Shown: positions 47,745 through 56,688 of the stretch, piece by piece
Position numbering within the stretch: the first letter of the stretch is position 1
Layout: each line of letters starts with the position of its first letter
Sequence record: PZ496580.1
Origin: a phage
Length of the DNA: 64,000 nucleotides
Direction: 5' to 3' (one strand)
Made by a program: the position numbers and the translations under genes
Notes under the pieces: model-generated
The model's database searches: none
What the model was told of the DNA's origin: nothing
What the model saw: only the letters and a program-made list of their open reading frames with translations

Positions 47745-47903
47745 TTACTTAATGATACTTACTTTACCAGATCCGTGACAATGAGCGCAACACCCATCAC
47801 CACGCAATCCTGTTCCGTTACAGTGTTTACACGTCTTCAACGGTAAAGCCATTATAGCAAATAAAGCAATAATGAACACCGAAACTAAATTCTCAATAAT
47901 CAT
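47745..47903 (-). CDS. Small membrane zinc-ribbon peptide (52 aa)
   Basis: Not in ORF track. MIIENLVSVFIIALFAIMALPLKTCKHCNGTGLRGDGCCAHCHGSGKVSIIK: one TM helix plus CxxC-x8-CCxxC. Confidence 0.4.
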   Translation of the reverse strand: MIIENLVSVFIIALFAIMALPLKTCKHCNGTGLRGDGCCAHCHGSGKVSIIK

Positions 47904-48162
47904 AAATCGCCCTCAGTTCTTTATAGCCTCCAATGTGCTCGTTGTCAATGAATATCTGGGGGTATACAAATCGGAGGCTCTTTGAGTTCAGCCTCCCCGC
48001 CAGTTCTTCAATCATATCACGGTCGGGAATAATGTCAACCCCAACCTGCTTGAATACTGGTTTAAGTGTATACGGAATACCCAGATCATCCAGTAGCTTC
48101 ATTGCACTAATACAACCATAACAATGATAAGCCTCTTTCGGTATACCGTATATCTCGATCAT
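47893..48162 (-). CDS. nrdH: Glutaredoxin-like protein NrdH (89 aa)
   Basis: CYGC redox motif in glutaredoxin-like context; located between 55 and nrdG as in T4. Confidence 0.6.
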   Translation of the reverse strand: MIEIYGIPKEAYHCYGCISAMKLLDDLGIPYTLKPVFKQVGVDIIPDRDMIEELAGRLNSKSLRFVYPQIFIDNEHIGGYKELRAIYDY

Positions 48163-48665
48163 TTCTCAGCCTTTAATCTTTCTAGTTCTTCTTCCAGTTC
48201 CTTAATGCGCTTCTCGCGTTCAATATCACGTTGGATCTTAGTGGCGAATACTCGTTTAAACTGACTATAGTCATCAATTTTAAATACTTCCTCTTCACCA
48301 TATCGACGTACAGAAACTTCGTAGTTGTTGAAAAATTGTTCCAACATTGCATCAGTGGTCAGTTCTGCCGATACCACTTTAAAATGACGTTCTTCTGATT
48401 GCAAAAACCAGTTGTGCGCGTATTCCCGTACATCATCAACATTGCGGCAGGTGTATACCGTGCCATCAATTTCAATCGCAGAAACATAATCATCATCCGA
48501 TGCATGGTGATCAAATGCAATAACTTTAAATGGACGGTCGCCGATAAACTCTGCTATTGCATCATTTGCAACGCTAAAGTTTGCAAAATCTTTTCTCGTT
48601 TTCTTATCTTTCCACTGATAGGTCACGCCAGCAACAAACATATTACCATCCTCGCTCTTTACCAA
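48159..48665 (-). CDS. Paralog-family protein (168 aa): one beta-domain plus coiled-coil tail
   Basis: Shares GxTYxWKD...PFKV...IEIDGxxYT...WF motif block with ORFs at 48643-50497 and 54320-56957; C-terminal KRIKELEEELERLKAEK. Confidence 0.6.
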   Translation of the reverse strand: MVKSEDGNMFVAGVTYQWKDKKTRKDFANFSVANDAIAEFIGDRPFKVIAFDHHASDDDYVSAIEIDGTVYTCRNVDDVREYAHNWFLQSEERHFKVVSAELTTDAMLEQFFNNYEVSVRRYGEEEVFKIDDYSQFKRVFATKIQRDIEREKRIKELEEELERLKAEK

Positions 48666-49467
48666 TCAAAAATTCAACTTCACGACGTTTAATGTCTTCT
48701 TGAAGGTCTTTAATCTTCTGTCGATCTTGCATGATTTCGTCCATCTTGTCAAGTGCTGCAATGAAATCATCGAAACGTTCAAAGGTTTTACCTTCATTTG
48801 CTTCGCTAAATTTAACCATAGTCAGACCGTAACGACTACTAAACAGACGTTTCAACTGTCCAACGATCTTAGAATCAGTGGTTATAACTTCCAATTCTTC
48901 TACTTCTTGAAAGAATTTTCTATCAGAATCAATAAACCAGCTAGTTCCTTTATGGTCTCTATCTCCGGTTGCGCTCATTAGAGTATGGTCTTTACCATCA
49001 ATTTCAATTACATCAATTTGCCCACATGGACTAACATTTTTAACAGTAAAAGGTCTATAATTTATTGCTCGTGCAATAACATAATTAAGGTTAGATACGT
49101 TTTCAGCATAATGGCAGAAGTCGGTCATAGCCTTCGCATCTTTCCAAGTATAAGTTTTACCAACTTCCCATTTCTGGGGAACTTCTTCAACTTCACGAAA
49201 GAATTTTCTATCGAATGGACTAAAGAAATATGTTGCAGTCCAAATGTCTTTTCCTGTAGCAGTTTTCGCCGTATGATAAACACCGTCTAGCTCTATTGCA
49301 TTAATCCAACCGTTACCCTCGATCTCGATGATGGTAAATGGCTTGTCACCAATAGCTGCACTAATATCGCTGTTAAGTGGAGAAAGAACACCTTCTCCGT
49401 TAGTAATAAACTCAGTTTTAGCGTTTTCATCTTTCCAAGTGTAAGTTTTACCAATTTCCCATTTCAT
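48643..49467 (-). CDS. Paralog-family protein (274 aa): two tandem domains plus helical tail
   Basis: KWEIGKTYTWKD and KWEVGKTYTWKD each begin a ~95-aa repeat ending in DRKFF(R/Q)EVEE. Confidence 0.6.
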   Translation of the reverse strand: MKWEIGKTYTWKDENAKTEFITNGEGVLSPLNSDISAAIGDKPFTIIEIEGNGWINAIELDGVYHTAKTATGKDIWTATYFFSPFDRKFFREVEEVPQKWEVGKTYTWKDAKAMTDFCHYAENVSNLNYVIARAINYRPFTVKNVSPCGQIDVIEIDGKDHTLMSATGDRDHKGTSWFIDSDRKFFQEVEELEVITTDSKIVGQLKRLFSSRYGLTMVKFSEANEGKTFERFDDFIAALDKMDEIMQDRQKIKDLQEDIKRREVEFLIGKERGW

Positions 49468-49479
49468 AATATATTCCCC

Positions 49480-49959
49480 TTAACCGATTTTATCAAGTTC
49501 GTTTAATGCTTTCTCTGCTTCCTGTATAGCTTGCACCCTTTCCGGCATTTTGTCAAGAAAATCTTTCAACTCTTCAAAACTGGAGATATGACGCAAGGCA
49601 TTAGCACCGATAGCCGCATGTGATTTGCATTCAAAGCGAATTTTATAATTATCCATCGCCAACTTGAGAAGATCAATTAGTTTAGATTCTTCTGGAATAA
49701 TAATTTCTTCAAATCTGCTACGGTCGTGATCCAGAAACCAACAAGATAGACCTACATCGGTTGAACTCATATAAGTTCCATCATGAAGATATACAGATCG
49801 CACGTATCCTTTTTTCGCATCAACCGACGCAACTTTAAACGGTAATCTCAGATATTTCAAATAATCAACATCATACCATTTAAAAAATTGGTTTGCATCT
49901 TTTACATCTTTCCACGCATAGGTCTTACCAGCTTCCCATTTCATAATATCATCTCTCAT
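49480..49959 (-). CDS. Paralog-family protein (159 aa)
   Basis: KWEAGKTYAWKD...PFKV...; C-terminal LKDFLDKMP tail motif. Confidence 0.6.
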   Translation of the reverse strand: MRDDIMKWEAGKTYAWKDVKDANQFFKWYDVDYLKYLRLPFKVASVDAKKGYVRSVYLHDGTYMSSTDVGLSCWFLDHDRSRFEEIIIPEESKLIDLLKLAMDNYKIRFECKSHAAIGANALRHISSFEELKDFLDKMPERVQAIQEAEKALNELDKIG

Positions 49960-50497
49960 TTTTGATACGTGATTCTAATTGGATCATACGGTCGCGCGTT
50001 TGCTTGTATTCGCGGATAGCACCGATACGGCTAGGCATACCATTTAGAACGCTCTTAATACCTTCTAGGGTAGTAATTTTAGCAATGCTATTATGTAACC
50101 CCATCTTATCGATTAACTGAATATCGTAGGCTTCCATAAGCAGACCCAGACGTTCTAAGGTTAAATCTTGTTCTTTATCTTCTTCCTTTTCTTCCGGTTC
50201 TGGGATTTCTTTGTTAATAGTAGCTTCGGTAAAGAAACGACGCTCACCTGCCCAAAACCACACACCGGAAAAGCCAATAGGGGATTCTTTTAACGTCATA
50301 GAGTCGTAACCACTGCCGATAATAGTAATTTCTCTAACATCACCATCATCGTCAATGTCTTCTACCCTAAACGGGCGACCAGCCAACAAGTCCACAATAC
50401 ATCTGTTAATAGACGACGAAAATTTAGTCAGTTCGGCTTTCGACGCTTCGCATTCAATCTTGTAAGTTTTACCAACTTCCCATTCCATAATAATCAC
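49949..50497 (-). CDS. Paralog-family protein (182 aa)
   Basis: EWEVGKTYKIE...RPFRVEDID...; Glu/Lys-rich linker and helical tail. Confidence 0.6.
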   Translation of the reverse strand: MIIMEWEVGKTYKIECEASKAELTKFSSSINRCIVDLLAGRPFRVEDIDDDGDVREITIIGSGYDSMTLKESPIGFSGVWFWAGERRFFTEATINKEIPEPEEKEEDKEQDLTLERLGLLMEAYDIQLIDKMGLHNSIAKITTLEGIKSVLNGMPSRIGAIREYKQTRDRMIQLESRIKNER

Positions 50498-50498
50498 C

Positions 50499-51008
50499 TC
50501 AAATAATTTTCACTGGAATACTATTAACAATCTTGTATTGTACTTGATTGTCGGACCCCCGCCACGGCTTCTTCGTTGGCATATCTTTAATATAACGCCC
50601 ATCGATGAACATGTCAACCGATTCTACAATTTTTCTTTGCTCATCATTCAATTGGTCAAGGGTATAACCAGACCATAGCCAAATATCTTTATTTGGCATC
50701 CATGATTTTACTTCATCGATGATCCGCTGTACACCCTTTAAATTGCGTTTATACAGTGGATCGCCACCTAAGAATGTTAGCCCCTGAATAAAATCAGGTC
50801 TAAGCAGATCCAGAATCAATCCCATTGTATCATCAGTGAATGGTTCCCCGTTCTTAGGATTGAGTAGGCTAGCATTAAAGCAACCATCACATGCGTGTGA
50901 ACATCCGGTAACGTAAAGGGAGACTCTCACTCCCTCACCGTTAACCATATCACAATCTTTAATATCGGCATAGCGTAGTTTGCCGTATGTATCAGAACTC
51001 ATATTCAA
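50499..51008 (-). CDS. nrdG: Anaerobic ribonucleotide reductase activating protein NrdG (radical SAM, 169 aa)
   Basis: CSHACDGC (Cx3Cx2C) cluster motif, GGDP, C-terminal KKPWRGSDNQ similar to remembered T4 NrdG. Confidence 0.85.
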   Translation of the reverse strand: MNMSSDTYGKLRYADIKDCDMVNGEGVRVSLYVTGCSHACDGCFNASLLNPKNGEPFTDDTMGLILDLLRPDFIQGLTFLGGDPLYKRNLKGVQRIIDEVKSWMPNKDIWLWSGYTLDQLNDEQRKIVESVDMFIDGRYIKDMPTKKPWRGSDNQVQYKIVNSIPVKII

Positions 51009-51144
51009 TTACCCCAAACTCGTTTACAATCTGCGCTTTATAGTATCCACCGCGAGATGCTAATAGATAAGCCGGGCTTAGGTATTCGTATTCACGGATT
51101 TCTACTTGTGCGTTTTCAGTTTCCCAAATCAGTAAAGTCCACAT
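50992..51144 (-). CDS. Small hypothetical protein (50 aa from ATG at 51144; track start 51219)
   Basis: ATG at 51144 preceded by AGGAG; the track start would overlap the promoter at 51187..51215. Confidence 0.4.
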   Translation of the reverse strand: MWTLLIWETENAQVEIREYEYLSPAYLLASRGGYYKAQIVNEFGVIEYEF

Positions 51145-51186
51145 ATTTGATTCTCCTGTAAAGTTGTATCTCGTCTTGATGAATAT

Positions 51187-51215
51187 AGTATAGGGGATCT
51201 CTCGATCCCCGTCAA
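51187..51215 (-). promoter_or_regulatory. Early promoter (TTGACG-N17-TATACT) with GGGGATC-TCTC-GATCCCC palindrome filling the spacer
   Basis: Plus cgtcaa at 51210-51215; palindrome at 51193-51210. Confidence 0.55.
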
Positions 51216-51219
51216 GCAT

Positions 51220-51540
51220 TTATTTTAAATTTTTTCGAATGTATTCAGACCATTCCTTCCCTGTCAGTTCGGTCCCATTCTGGAAACTGAAATATTCATA
51301 CGGCATAGAGTCAAGATAAAACAGGATCATACATCGCGCCATATAATACCAATCACGATTAAAGTAAACTACGTTATCACCAGTACCATCAGCACCTTTA
51401 TCATAACCATCGCGGGTACGGGCGACCCATTGAATAGTATCATTTTTCTCACGGATAGTAACAGGTTCCCAATATCCAGCACCATCCAGCATGACCACAC
51501 GAACAAGTAAGGAAATATTGGCCTTTTGATTTGTTGTCAT
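51220..51540 (-). CDS. Hypothetical protein (106 aa from ATG at 51540), possibly the 3' part of a frameshifted gene
   Basis: Overlaps the upstream ORF by ~90 nt in another frame; no SD before any candidate ATG. Confidence 0.4.
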   Translation of the reverse strand: MTTNQKANISLLVRVVMLDGAGYWEPVTIREKNDTIQWVARTRDGYDKGADGTGDNVVYFNRDWYYMARCMILFYLDSMPYEYFSFQNGTELTGKEWSEYIRKNLK

Positions 51541-51769
51541 CCCATTCACGATGGATTGGTTCGATCTCGTGAAACAGTGCTAAACAATCATGATTATGCA
51601 ACACTGGCTTACCATCAATCAATGCATGGAATGTATACAAACGACCAGTAGACAAATAGCTGTCCTCACGCTCAACCAGTTCAATAGCAATCTTTTTAGC
51701 TCGTTCCTTGTGTCGTTGTGCTTTACGCTTACGGTTTAATGATTTCATATTCACCTCACACATTATCAA
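51449..51769 (-). CDS. Hypothetical basic protein (106 aa), possibly the 5' part of a frameshifted gene
   Basis: C-terminal 20 codons (CSCGHAGWCWILGTCYYP) look like out-of-frame read-through; 10-bp tandem repeat at 51474-51493. Confidence 0.4.
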   Translation of the reverse strand: MIMCEVNMKSLNRKRKAQRHKERAKKIAIELVEREDSYLSTGRLYTFHALIDGKPVLHNHDCLALFHEIEPIHREWDDNKSKGQYFLTCSCGHAGWCWILGTCYYP

Positions 51770-52311
51770 AGGTCGCGATATAGTACATTATGAAAATGAG
51801 AACTTGCATTACCAATATTGTAGATAATAAATTCTTCATCCGGCGCTTGCGCTACAAATTGAGTATGAGCAACCGCTACAACCTTAAAAATACGATCCGT
51901 GATCTTGTGTTTAATTTCTGTTCCTACTTCCATAGGAACATATTCATGTGTTTCTGTTTCAGTCGCAAAACAGCCATCTTCTTCATAAGCACGAACAAAT
52001 CGATCGCAATCAGTACGCTTAACAAATTCAAGAGTATATAATTCTCGTGAATTGTCGGTATAAACCAACACAGAATTATTCTGATAGCGAATCACATACA
52101 GGTTATTATCATCGTCAATTACGCAAAAGCTACGGATTTGTGTTCCTTCGCCTTTACTCCAGCAGATATTAACCACCGTTCCTCTAATAAAAAAACTTTC
52201 CTTTAAATTAAAACTAGCCAATGTGCTAGCGTGCATTTTAACAACAACACCATCGCCAATTTCCAGTTTACGAAGTTTAACTTCTTTGCTCAGCACACAA
52301 AACATCATCAT
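51766..52311 (-). CDS. Hypothetical protein (181 aa)
   Basis: ORF downstream of the nrdD terminator/promoter. Confidence 0.5.
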   Translation of the reverse strand: MMMFCVLSKEVKLRKLEIGDGVVVKMHASTLASFNLKESFFIRGTVVNICWSKGEGTQIRSFCVIDDDNNLYVIRYQNNSVLVYTDNSRELYTLEFVKRTDCDRFVRAYEEDGCFATETETHEYVPMEVGTEIKHKITDRIFKVVAVAHTQFVAQAPDEEFIIYNIGNASSHFHNVLYRDL

Positions 52312-52340
52312 GTTGTCCTCTCGTTGTTTTCGATGTGAGC

Positions 52341-52368
52341 ATTATACATTAGCTAATCAGGTTGTCAA
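52341..52368 (-). promoter_or_regulatory. sigma70 consensus promoter (TTGACA-N16-TATAAT)
   Basis: Plus tgtcaa at 52363-52368 and attata at 52341-52346. Confidence 0.6.
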
Positions 52369-52373
52369 CACCT

Positions 52374-52406
52374 AAAAACGAAAAAGCCGACCCTTTCGGA
52401 TCGGCT
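52374..52406 (-). terminator. Rho-independent terminator after nrdD
   Basis: Minus AGCCGATCC-GAAA-GGGTCGGCT hairpin followed by TTTTTCGTTTTT. Confidence 0.7.
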
Positions 52407-52411
52407 GAAAA

Positions 52412-54274
52412 TTACATGTGCTTAACGCGGTTTACCATCTCGGAATGTTTCCCGTGGTTAAATGGACGCAGATCAACAGATCCAAGATATCCACTAACGC
52501 GACGGATAACATTCATTTTTTCCAGATTATCATTTCCGCAATCAGGGCAAACAAAACCAGACTCGGTCGCTCTCATTTCCTTAGTAGATCCGCATACATG
52601 ACACACATCAGAAGGGGTATTAACACCGAAGTAGTGCAATTTATCCATTGCATAGTCTACTACAGTTTCAAGCCCTTTAATGTTGTTTTTCATGTCTGGA
52701 AACTCAACATAAGAGATCATGCCACCGGACGCCAGCCAGTGATAGTCTTTCTCAAAGTCGATTTTCTCAAACGGTGTGACTTTCCGGTCTACGTCAAGGT
52801 GGAATGAGTTGGTGTACCAGTCTTTATCGGTAGCACCCTTAACAATACCAAATTGCTCTCGGTCCAGTCGATTAAATCGATAGCAAAGGCTTTCGGCTGG
52901 CGTACCGTAAAGACTAAACCCAAGTCCGGTTTCGTCCTTCCATTTTTCAGTATAATGACGCAAGATCTTAAGAATATGTTTACCGTATCGCTGCGCATCT
53001 TCCGAATCAAACGGATGAACACCAAACAGGACGCTCAATACCTCATGTAAACCAATATACCCAAGAGAGATACTAGCGCGACCATCTTTCAACACTTCCA
53101 AAATTTCATCGTTTTGATGAATACGGAAAAATGCACCTTCGGTATACAGTACAGGAGCAACATTGGCTTTAGCGCCTTTTAAAGCGTCTACGCGACTCAT
53201 GAGCGCATCAAAACAAATAGGCATACGATTAGCTAGCTCTTGTTCGAATAGCTCAATTCTGCGCATTACAGACGCTTTACCAGCACGACGCGCGGCAATA
53301 AGGGCAATACGCGGAAGATTCAGAGTAACAACACCTAAGTTATTACGTCCGTCTAATACTTCTTCGCCTTTCTCATTATGCCACACACCCAGGAAGCTAC
53401 GACAACCCATCGGGCTAACCGGAACACTAGATCCAGTGATACTACGGTTATTCTTCGCAGAGATATAATCAGGGTAAAGACGCTTACTAGAACATTCCAA
53501 TGCAAGTTGTTTAATGTCGTAGTTCGGATCTTCCGGTTTAAGGTTTAATCCTTCTTCTAAGAACATCACCAGCTTAGGAAACACCGGAGTTATACCATCT
53601 TTACCTAAACCTTTAGTTCGAACTTTCAGGATCGCTTTCTGAATCAGTTTTTCTTCCCAGCTAGTACCCATACCAAATGTTAAAGTCACAAAAGGTGTTT
53701 GACCGTTGGTGGAGAACAAAGTGTTGATTTCATATTCCAACGCCTGATACCCGTCTAGCGTTTCTTTTTCTGTCTTCTCTTGTGCATAGAGAGTATCAGC
53801 TTTGATTCCGTAGGTTTCGGCATCAGCAAGGTGTTTATGATATGTTTTCTCAACATACGGTGCTAACACCTGATCGATGTTTGCAATTGTGGTCCCGCCA
53901 TATTGATGACTTGCCACCTGTGCGATAATTTGAGCGGTTACAGCACAAGCAACGCCGATTGATTTCGGACTTTCGATTTGTGCGCTACCCAATTTAAAAC
54001 CATTCTCTAGCATGTCTTTTAGATTAACAAGACAGCAGTTAGTAAACGGCATAGCGGGTGCATAATCCATATCATGATAATGAATATCACCGTCTACATG
54101 CGCTTTATAGATGTGCTCAGGTAACACGGTTTTAGCAATCTGTTTAGACACAGCGCCAGCAATCAGATCTCGACGTGTCGGGAATGTTCGCGCGTCTTTG
54201 TTCGCGTTCTCTTTGCTTACTTCGTTTTCTTTACCCGTTGCGATCTCTGTAATGTCTTTGATTAGTTTTTCCAT
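52412..54274 (-). CDS. nrdD: Anaerobic ribonucleoside-triphosphate reductase NrdD (620 aa), uninterrupted
   Basis: Class III RNR size; C-terminal zinc ribbon CHVCGSTKEMRATESGFVCPDCG and glycyl-radical segment RVSGYLGS. Confidence 0.9.
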   Translation of the reverse strand: MEKLIKDITEIATGKENEVSKENANKDARTFPTRRDLIAGAVSKQIAKTVLPEHIYKAHVDGDIHYHDMDYAPAMPFTNCCLVNLKDMLENGFKLGSAQIESPKSIGVACAVTAQIIAQVASHQYGGTTIANIDQVLAPYVEKTYHKHLADAETYGIKADTLYAQEKTEKETLDGYQALEYEINTLFSTNGQTPFVTLTFGMGTSWEEKLIQKAILKVRTKGLGKDGITPVFPKLVMFLEEGLNLKPEDPNYDIKQLALECSSKRLYPDYISAKNNRSITGSSVPVSPMGCRSFLGVWHNEKGEEVLDGRNNLGVVTLNLPRIALIAARRAGKASVMRRIELFEQELANRMPICFDALMSRVDALKGAKANVAPVLYTEGAFFRIHQNDEILEVLKDGRASISLGYIGLHEVLSVLFGVHPFDSEDAQRYGKHILKILRHYTEKWKDETGLGFSLYGTPAESLCYRFNRLDREQFGIVKGATDKDWYTNSFHLDVDRKVTPFEKIDFEKDYHWLASGGMISYVEFPDMKNNIKGLETVVDYAMDKLHYFGVNTPSDVCHVCGSTKEMRATESGFVCPDCGNDNLEKMNVIRRVSGYLGSVDLRPFNHGKHSEMVNRVKHM

Positions 54275-54284
54275 TGTATCACCT

Positions 54285-54310
54285 ATGAAAAAGCGGGATT
54301 TTCTCCCGCT
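54285..54310 (-). terminator. Terminator-like hairpin 11 nt upstream of the nrdD start codon
   Basis: Minus AGCGGGAGAAAATCCCGCT followed by TTTTTCA, then SD AGGTGA. Confidence 0.5.
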
Positions 54311-54319
54311 CGTTGATAG

Positions 54320-54814
54320 TTATTTTACCAGTTCTGCTAATTCTTTTTCTTTAGCTTCTAGTTCAGCTTTAAGCTGTTTAATCTCTTGTCGCTTCTTATT
54401 AGCGGCTTCTTGCTTACTATTTCGGATAACCTGATCTAGATACAACTCCCAATCCTGAATATTTTTGATAATGTAACCGTCAACATTAATTGGTCGGAGA
54501 TTCAGTACAGCTTCCAGTTTAGTTGCAAAAACTTTAATTGCTGGGGTGAAGTATTCATATTCGTTATCTTCAAACCAATAACCTAGACTTGCATTATCAA
54601 TACGAAGACGAAGTTCAAGATCAAGGTCTTTATCTTCGGTGTATAGGTCTTTTACACCCCCCATCGAACCAACAACAACTTTAAAACGAATTTTATCAAC
54701 ACCACCAAACACATCAGTAAGGATACCAGCAATTGAGCTATTAGCGCAAGATTGGTCGCTGAATGCGTCAAGGTTTTCTTTAGTTACAGTATACCAAACA
54801 TCTTGTTTCCACAT
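54320..54814 (-). CDS. Paralog-family protein (164 aa)
   Basis: IRFKVVVGSMGGVKDLYTED... beta-domain and C-terminal coiled coil (KQLKAELEAKEKELAELVK). Confidence 0.55.
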   Translation of the reverse strand: MWKQDVWYTVTKENLDAFSDQSCANSSIAGILTDVFGGVDKIRFKVVVGSMGGVKDLYTEDKDLDLELRLRIDNASLGYWFEDNEYEYFTPAIKVFATKLEAVLNLRPINVDGYIIKNIQDWELYLDQVIRNSKQEAANKKRQEIKQLKAELEAKEKELAELVK

Positions 54815-54844
54815 AATATAATCCTCTCGTTGTTAAGTGGGAGT

Positions 54845-54872
54845 ATTATAGCATACTCCCTTTGCATGTCAA
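54845..54872 (-). promoter_or_regulatory. Early promoter cassette (TTGACA-N16-TATAAT) with GGGAGTAT-N6-ATACTCCC palindrome
   Basis: Palindrome at 54838-54859 overlaps the -10. Confidence 0.6.
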
Positions 54873-56047
54873 GCACGAACTTTTTTCTTTACTGCTTTCA
54901 CCTTCTGGCGAATTGCTCGAATCTCTTCGATCTCTTTTTCAGTCTCTTTAACAATTTCTTTGCGATTCTGAATATCTGTATCGAGATTATCATCAAGTTT
55001 AGGCAGCATGTCAATCAAGAACTTTTTAAAGTCTTTCAGGTTTCGGATAACAGCACCTTCACCCATTACCGCCACCCCTACACCATCCGGTAGATCACCA
55101 AACAGTTTAACCAGTTCAGACAGATGATCATGATCTTCTAGTGCTTCTTCCGGTTCAGATGGTAGTTCAACAAAGTAATAGCGTTCATCATTGCTGATCA
55201 GGTGATACCAGCAAAGCCCAAAAGATTTAGGAGTATATTCTACACCATCAACTTCAACCGCGTCAACACTTCCGAAAGAATCTACTTTAGTTACCTTAAA
55301 TCCGTGTTCCAGCTTTTGAACAATTTCAATAACATGACTGGATACGGTTTCAGTGTTAAACCAATGAGGCAAATTATGTGGATTTGGTTTGTAGCGTTCG
55401 CCCACTTTAAATCTCTGACCACGCTCTTGCATACGGACATATTCAACTCGCGTTATTTCCGCGAAGTATTCAAATTCGCTACCGTCAAACACACAAGCCC
55501 ATTGATCACAAAAACGATCCGCCTTAACAGTTTCACCTTTCGCGGTGATCATGGTAGCCGATCCGTGAAATTCTTCTTCAACTAAAAAGCCATATTCGAC
55601 AAAATCAACAAGTTTCATGGCTTCTTTGTGCTCTGGATCATGCTCTCCCCAGAATCGCTTAAATTCTTGCAAACCTTCCGGGGTAAACGAATAACATTTA
55701 CCTTTTTCAAAGTAAGTCGGCATTGCATCCTCTTTCTTGTTCATCGCTTCGTATGTCTCTTTTGAGATACGTTTAAAGTATTTGCGCTCATTGTGCATAA
55801 TCATAGTAGCCCAATAATCCACAATATCATTAGCGGAATAAACTACATCTCCAGCTTCAATAGTAATAACATGACCGTGGTCATCTTTTTCTAATACTTT
55901 AAAGCCCTTTTCTACGATTTCAGCAACCCGAATATGACCACGGCGCGAAGCATCAGTCAGAATAATTGAATAGCGAGAAAAGTCTAGAAACTCATCTTTA
56001 CCGCCTTCACGGAATGCATAGTAATGCCCTTCAAAGAATTTAGCCAT
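54869..56047 (-). CDS. Paralog-family protein (392 aa): three tandem domains plus LKDFKKFL helical tail
   Basis: Three repeats each containing GF(K/L)V...G.V..IE..G..Y motif and ERKYFKRI-type end. Confidence 0.6.
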   Translation of the reverse strand: MAKFFEGHYYAFREGGKDEFLDFSRYSIILTDASRRGHIRVAEIVEKGFKVLEKDDHGHVITIEAGDVVYSANDIVDYWATMIMHNERKYFKRISKETYEAMNKKEDAMPTYFEKGKCYSFTPEGLQEFKRFWGEHDPEHKEAMKLVDFVEYGFLVEEEFHGSATMITAKGETVKADRFCDQWACVFDGSEFEYFAEITRVEYVRMQERGQRFKVGERYKPNPHNLPHWFNTETVSSHVIEIVQKLEHGFKVTKVDSFGSVDAVEVDGVEYTPKSFGLCWYHLISNDERYYFVELPSEPEEALEDHDHLSELVKLFGDLPDGVGVAVMGEGAVIRNLKDFKKFLIDMLPKLDDNLDTDIQNRKEIVKETEKEIEEIRAIRQKVKAVKKKVRA

Positions 56048-56078
56048 AATATAATCCTCTCGTTGTTTAGATGGGAGT

Positions 56079-56107
56079 ATCTTACTACTCCCGTTTCATC
56101 ATGTCAA
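56079..56107 (-). promoter_or_regulatory. Early promoter cassette (TTGACA-N17-TAAGAT) with GGGAGTA-N6-TACTCCC palindrome
   Basis: Plus tgtcaa at 56102-56107; palindrome at 56074-56093. Confidence 0.6.
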
Positions 56108-56688
56108 GCGTTAAATGACTTTTGGATCTCTTTCAGTTCAGCTACTTTATCGGCGCTATACTTTGCTTGATGTTCCATGCGCTTAAGCTCACCTTTGATA
56201 TAGGTTTCTAGCTTAGGTTTATTCTCAATCAGAAAATCTTTCAAGTCATCGGCATTTTTAAAGTATAGCTGATTATCAAAGCTAAAATCTTCCAGCGTCA
56301 ATGATACCAAAGAAGACTTCGCAAACAAGTTAATCAGATCTTCCAGAGATTCTTCTTTCTTAACTGGTTTCATTTCTTCAAACTGCTTTTTAGTGATGCG
56401 TTTAAAGTATTTGCGCTCGCTTGCATCAATCAGAATCGATGCACCCTCATAATCATGAGTTTCTACCAAATACACATTACCCATAACATTAACGGTCAGA
56501 ACTTTAAAGCCATTGCGAAGCACATCATGCAGGAATTTGTTATGTTGCGGGTATAGTTTAACAAATTCAACAGCAGCATTAGCACTACGGAAAGTGTAGT
56601 AACGGCCTCTTTCAAAAACAGCATCATTGGAAGATTTAGCCGGATATACTTTGTATGTTTTCTGCACCATAATATAATCCTCTATCAT
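56104..56688 (-). CDS. Paralog-family protein (194 aa)
   Basis: NGFKVLTVNVMGNVYLVETHDYEG...ERKYFKRITKKQFEEM; tail LKDFLIENKPKLE. Confidence 0.6.
   Translation of the reverse strand: MIEDYIMVQKTYKVYPAKSSNDAVFERGRYYTFRSANAAVEFVKLYPQHNKFLHDVLRNGFKVLTVNVMGNVYLVETHDYEGASILIDASERKYFKRITKKQFEEMKPVKKEESLEDLINLFAKSSLVSLTLEDFSFDNQLYFKNADDLKDFLIENKPKLETYIKGELKRMEHQAKYSADKVAELKEIQKSFNA

Noticed and set aside
52412-54274. Possible group I intron or intein in nrdD, gp43 or gene 39
   Set aside because: All three ORFs are continuous and of expected length with collinear motifs; no interruption is visible.
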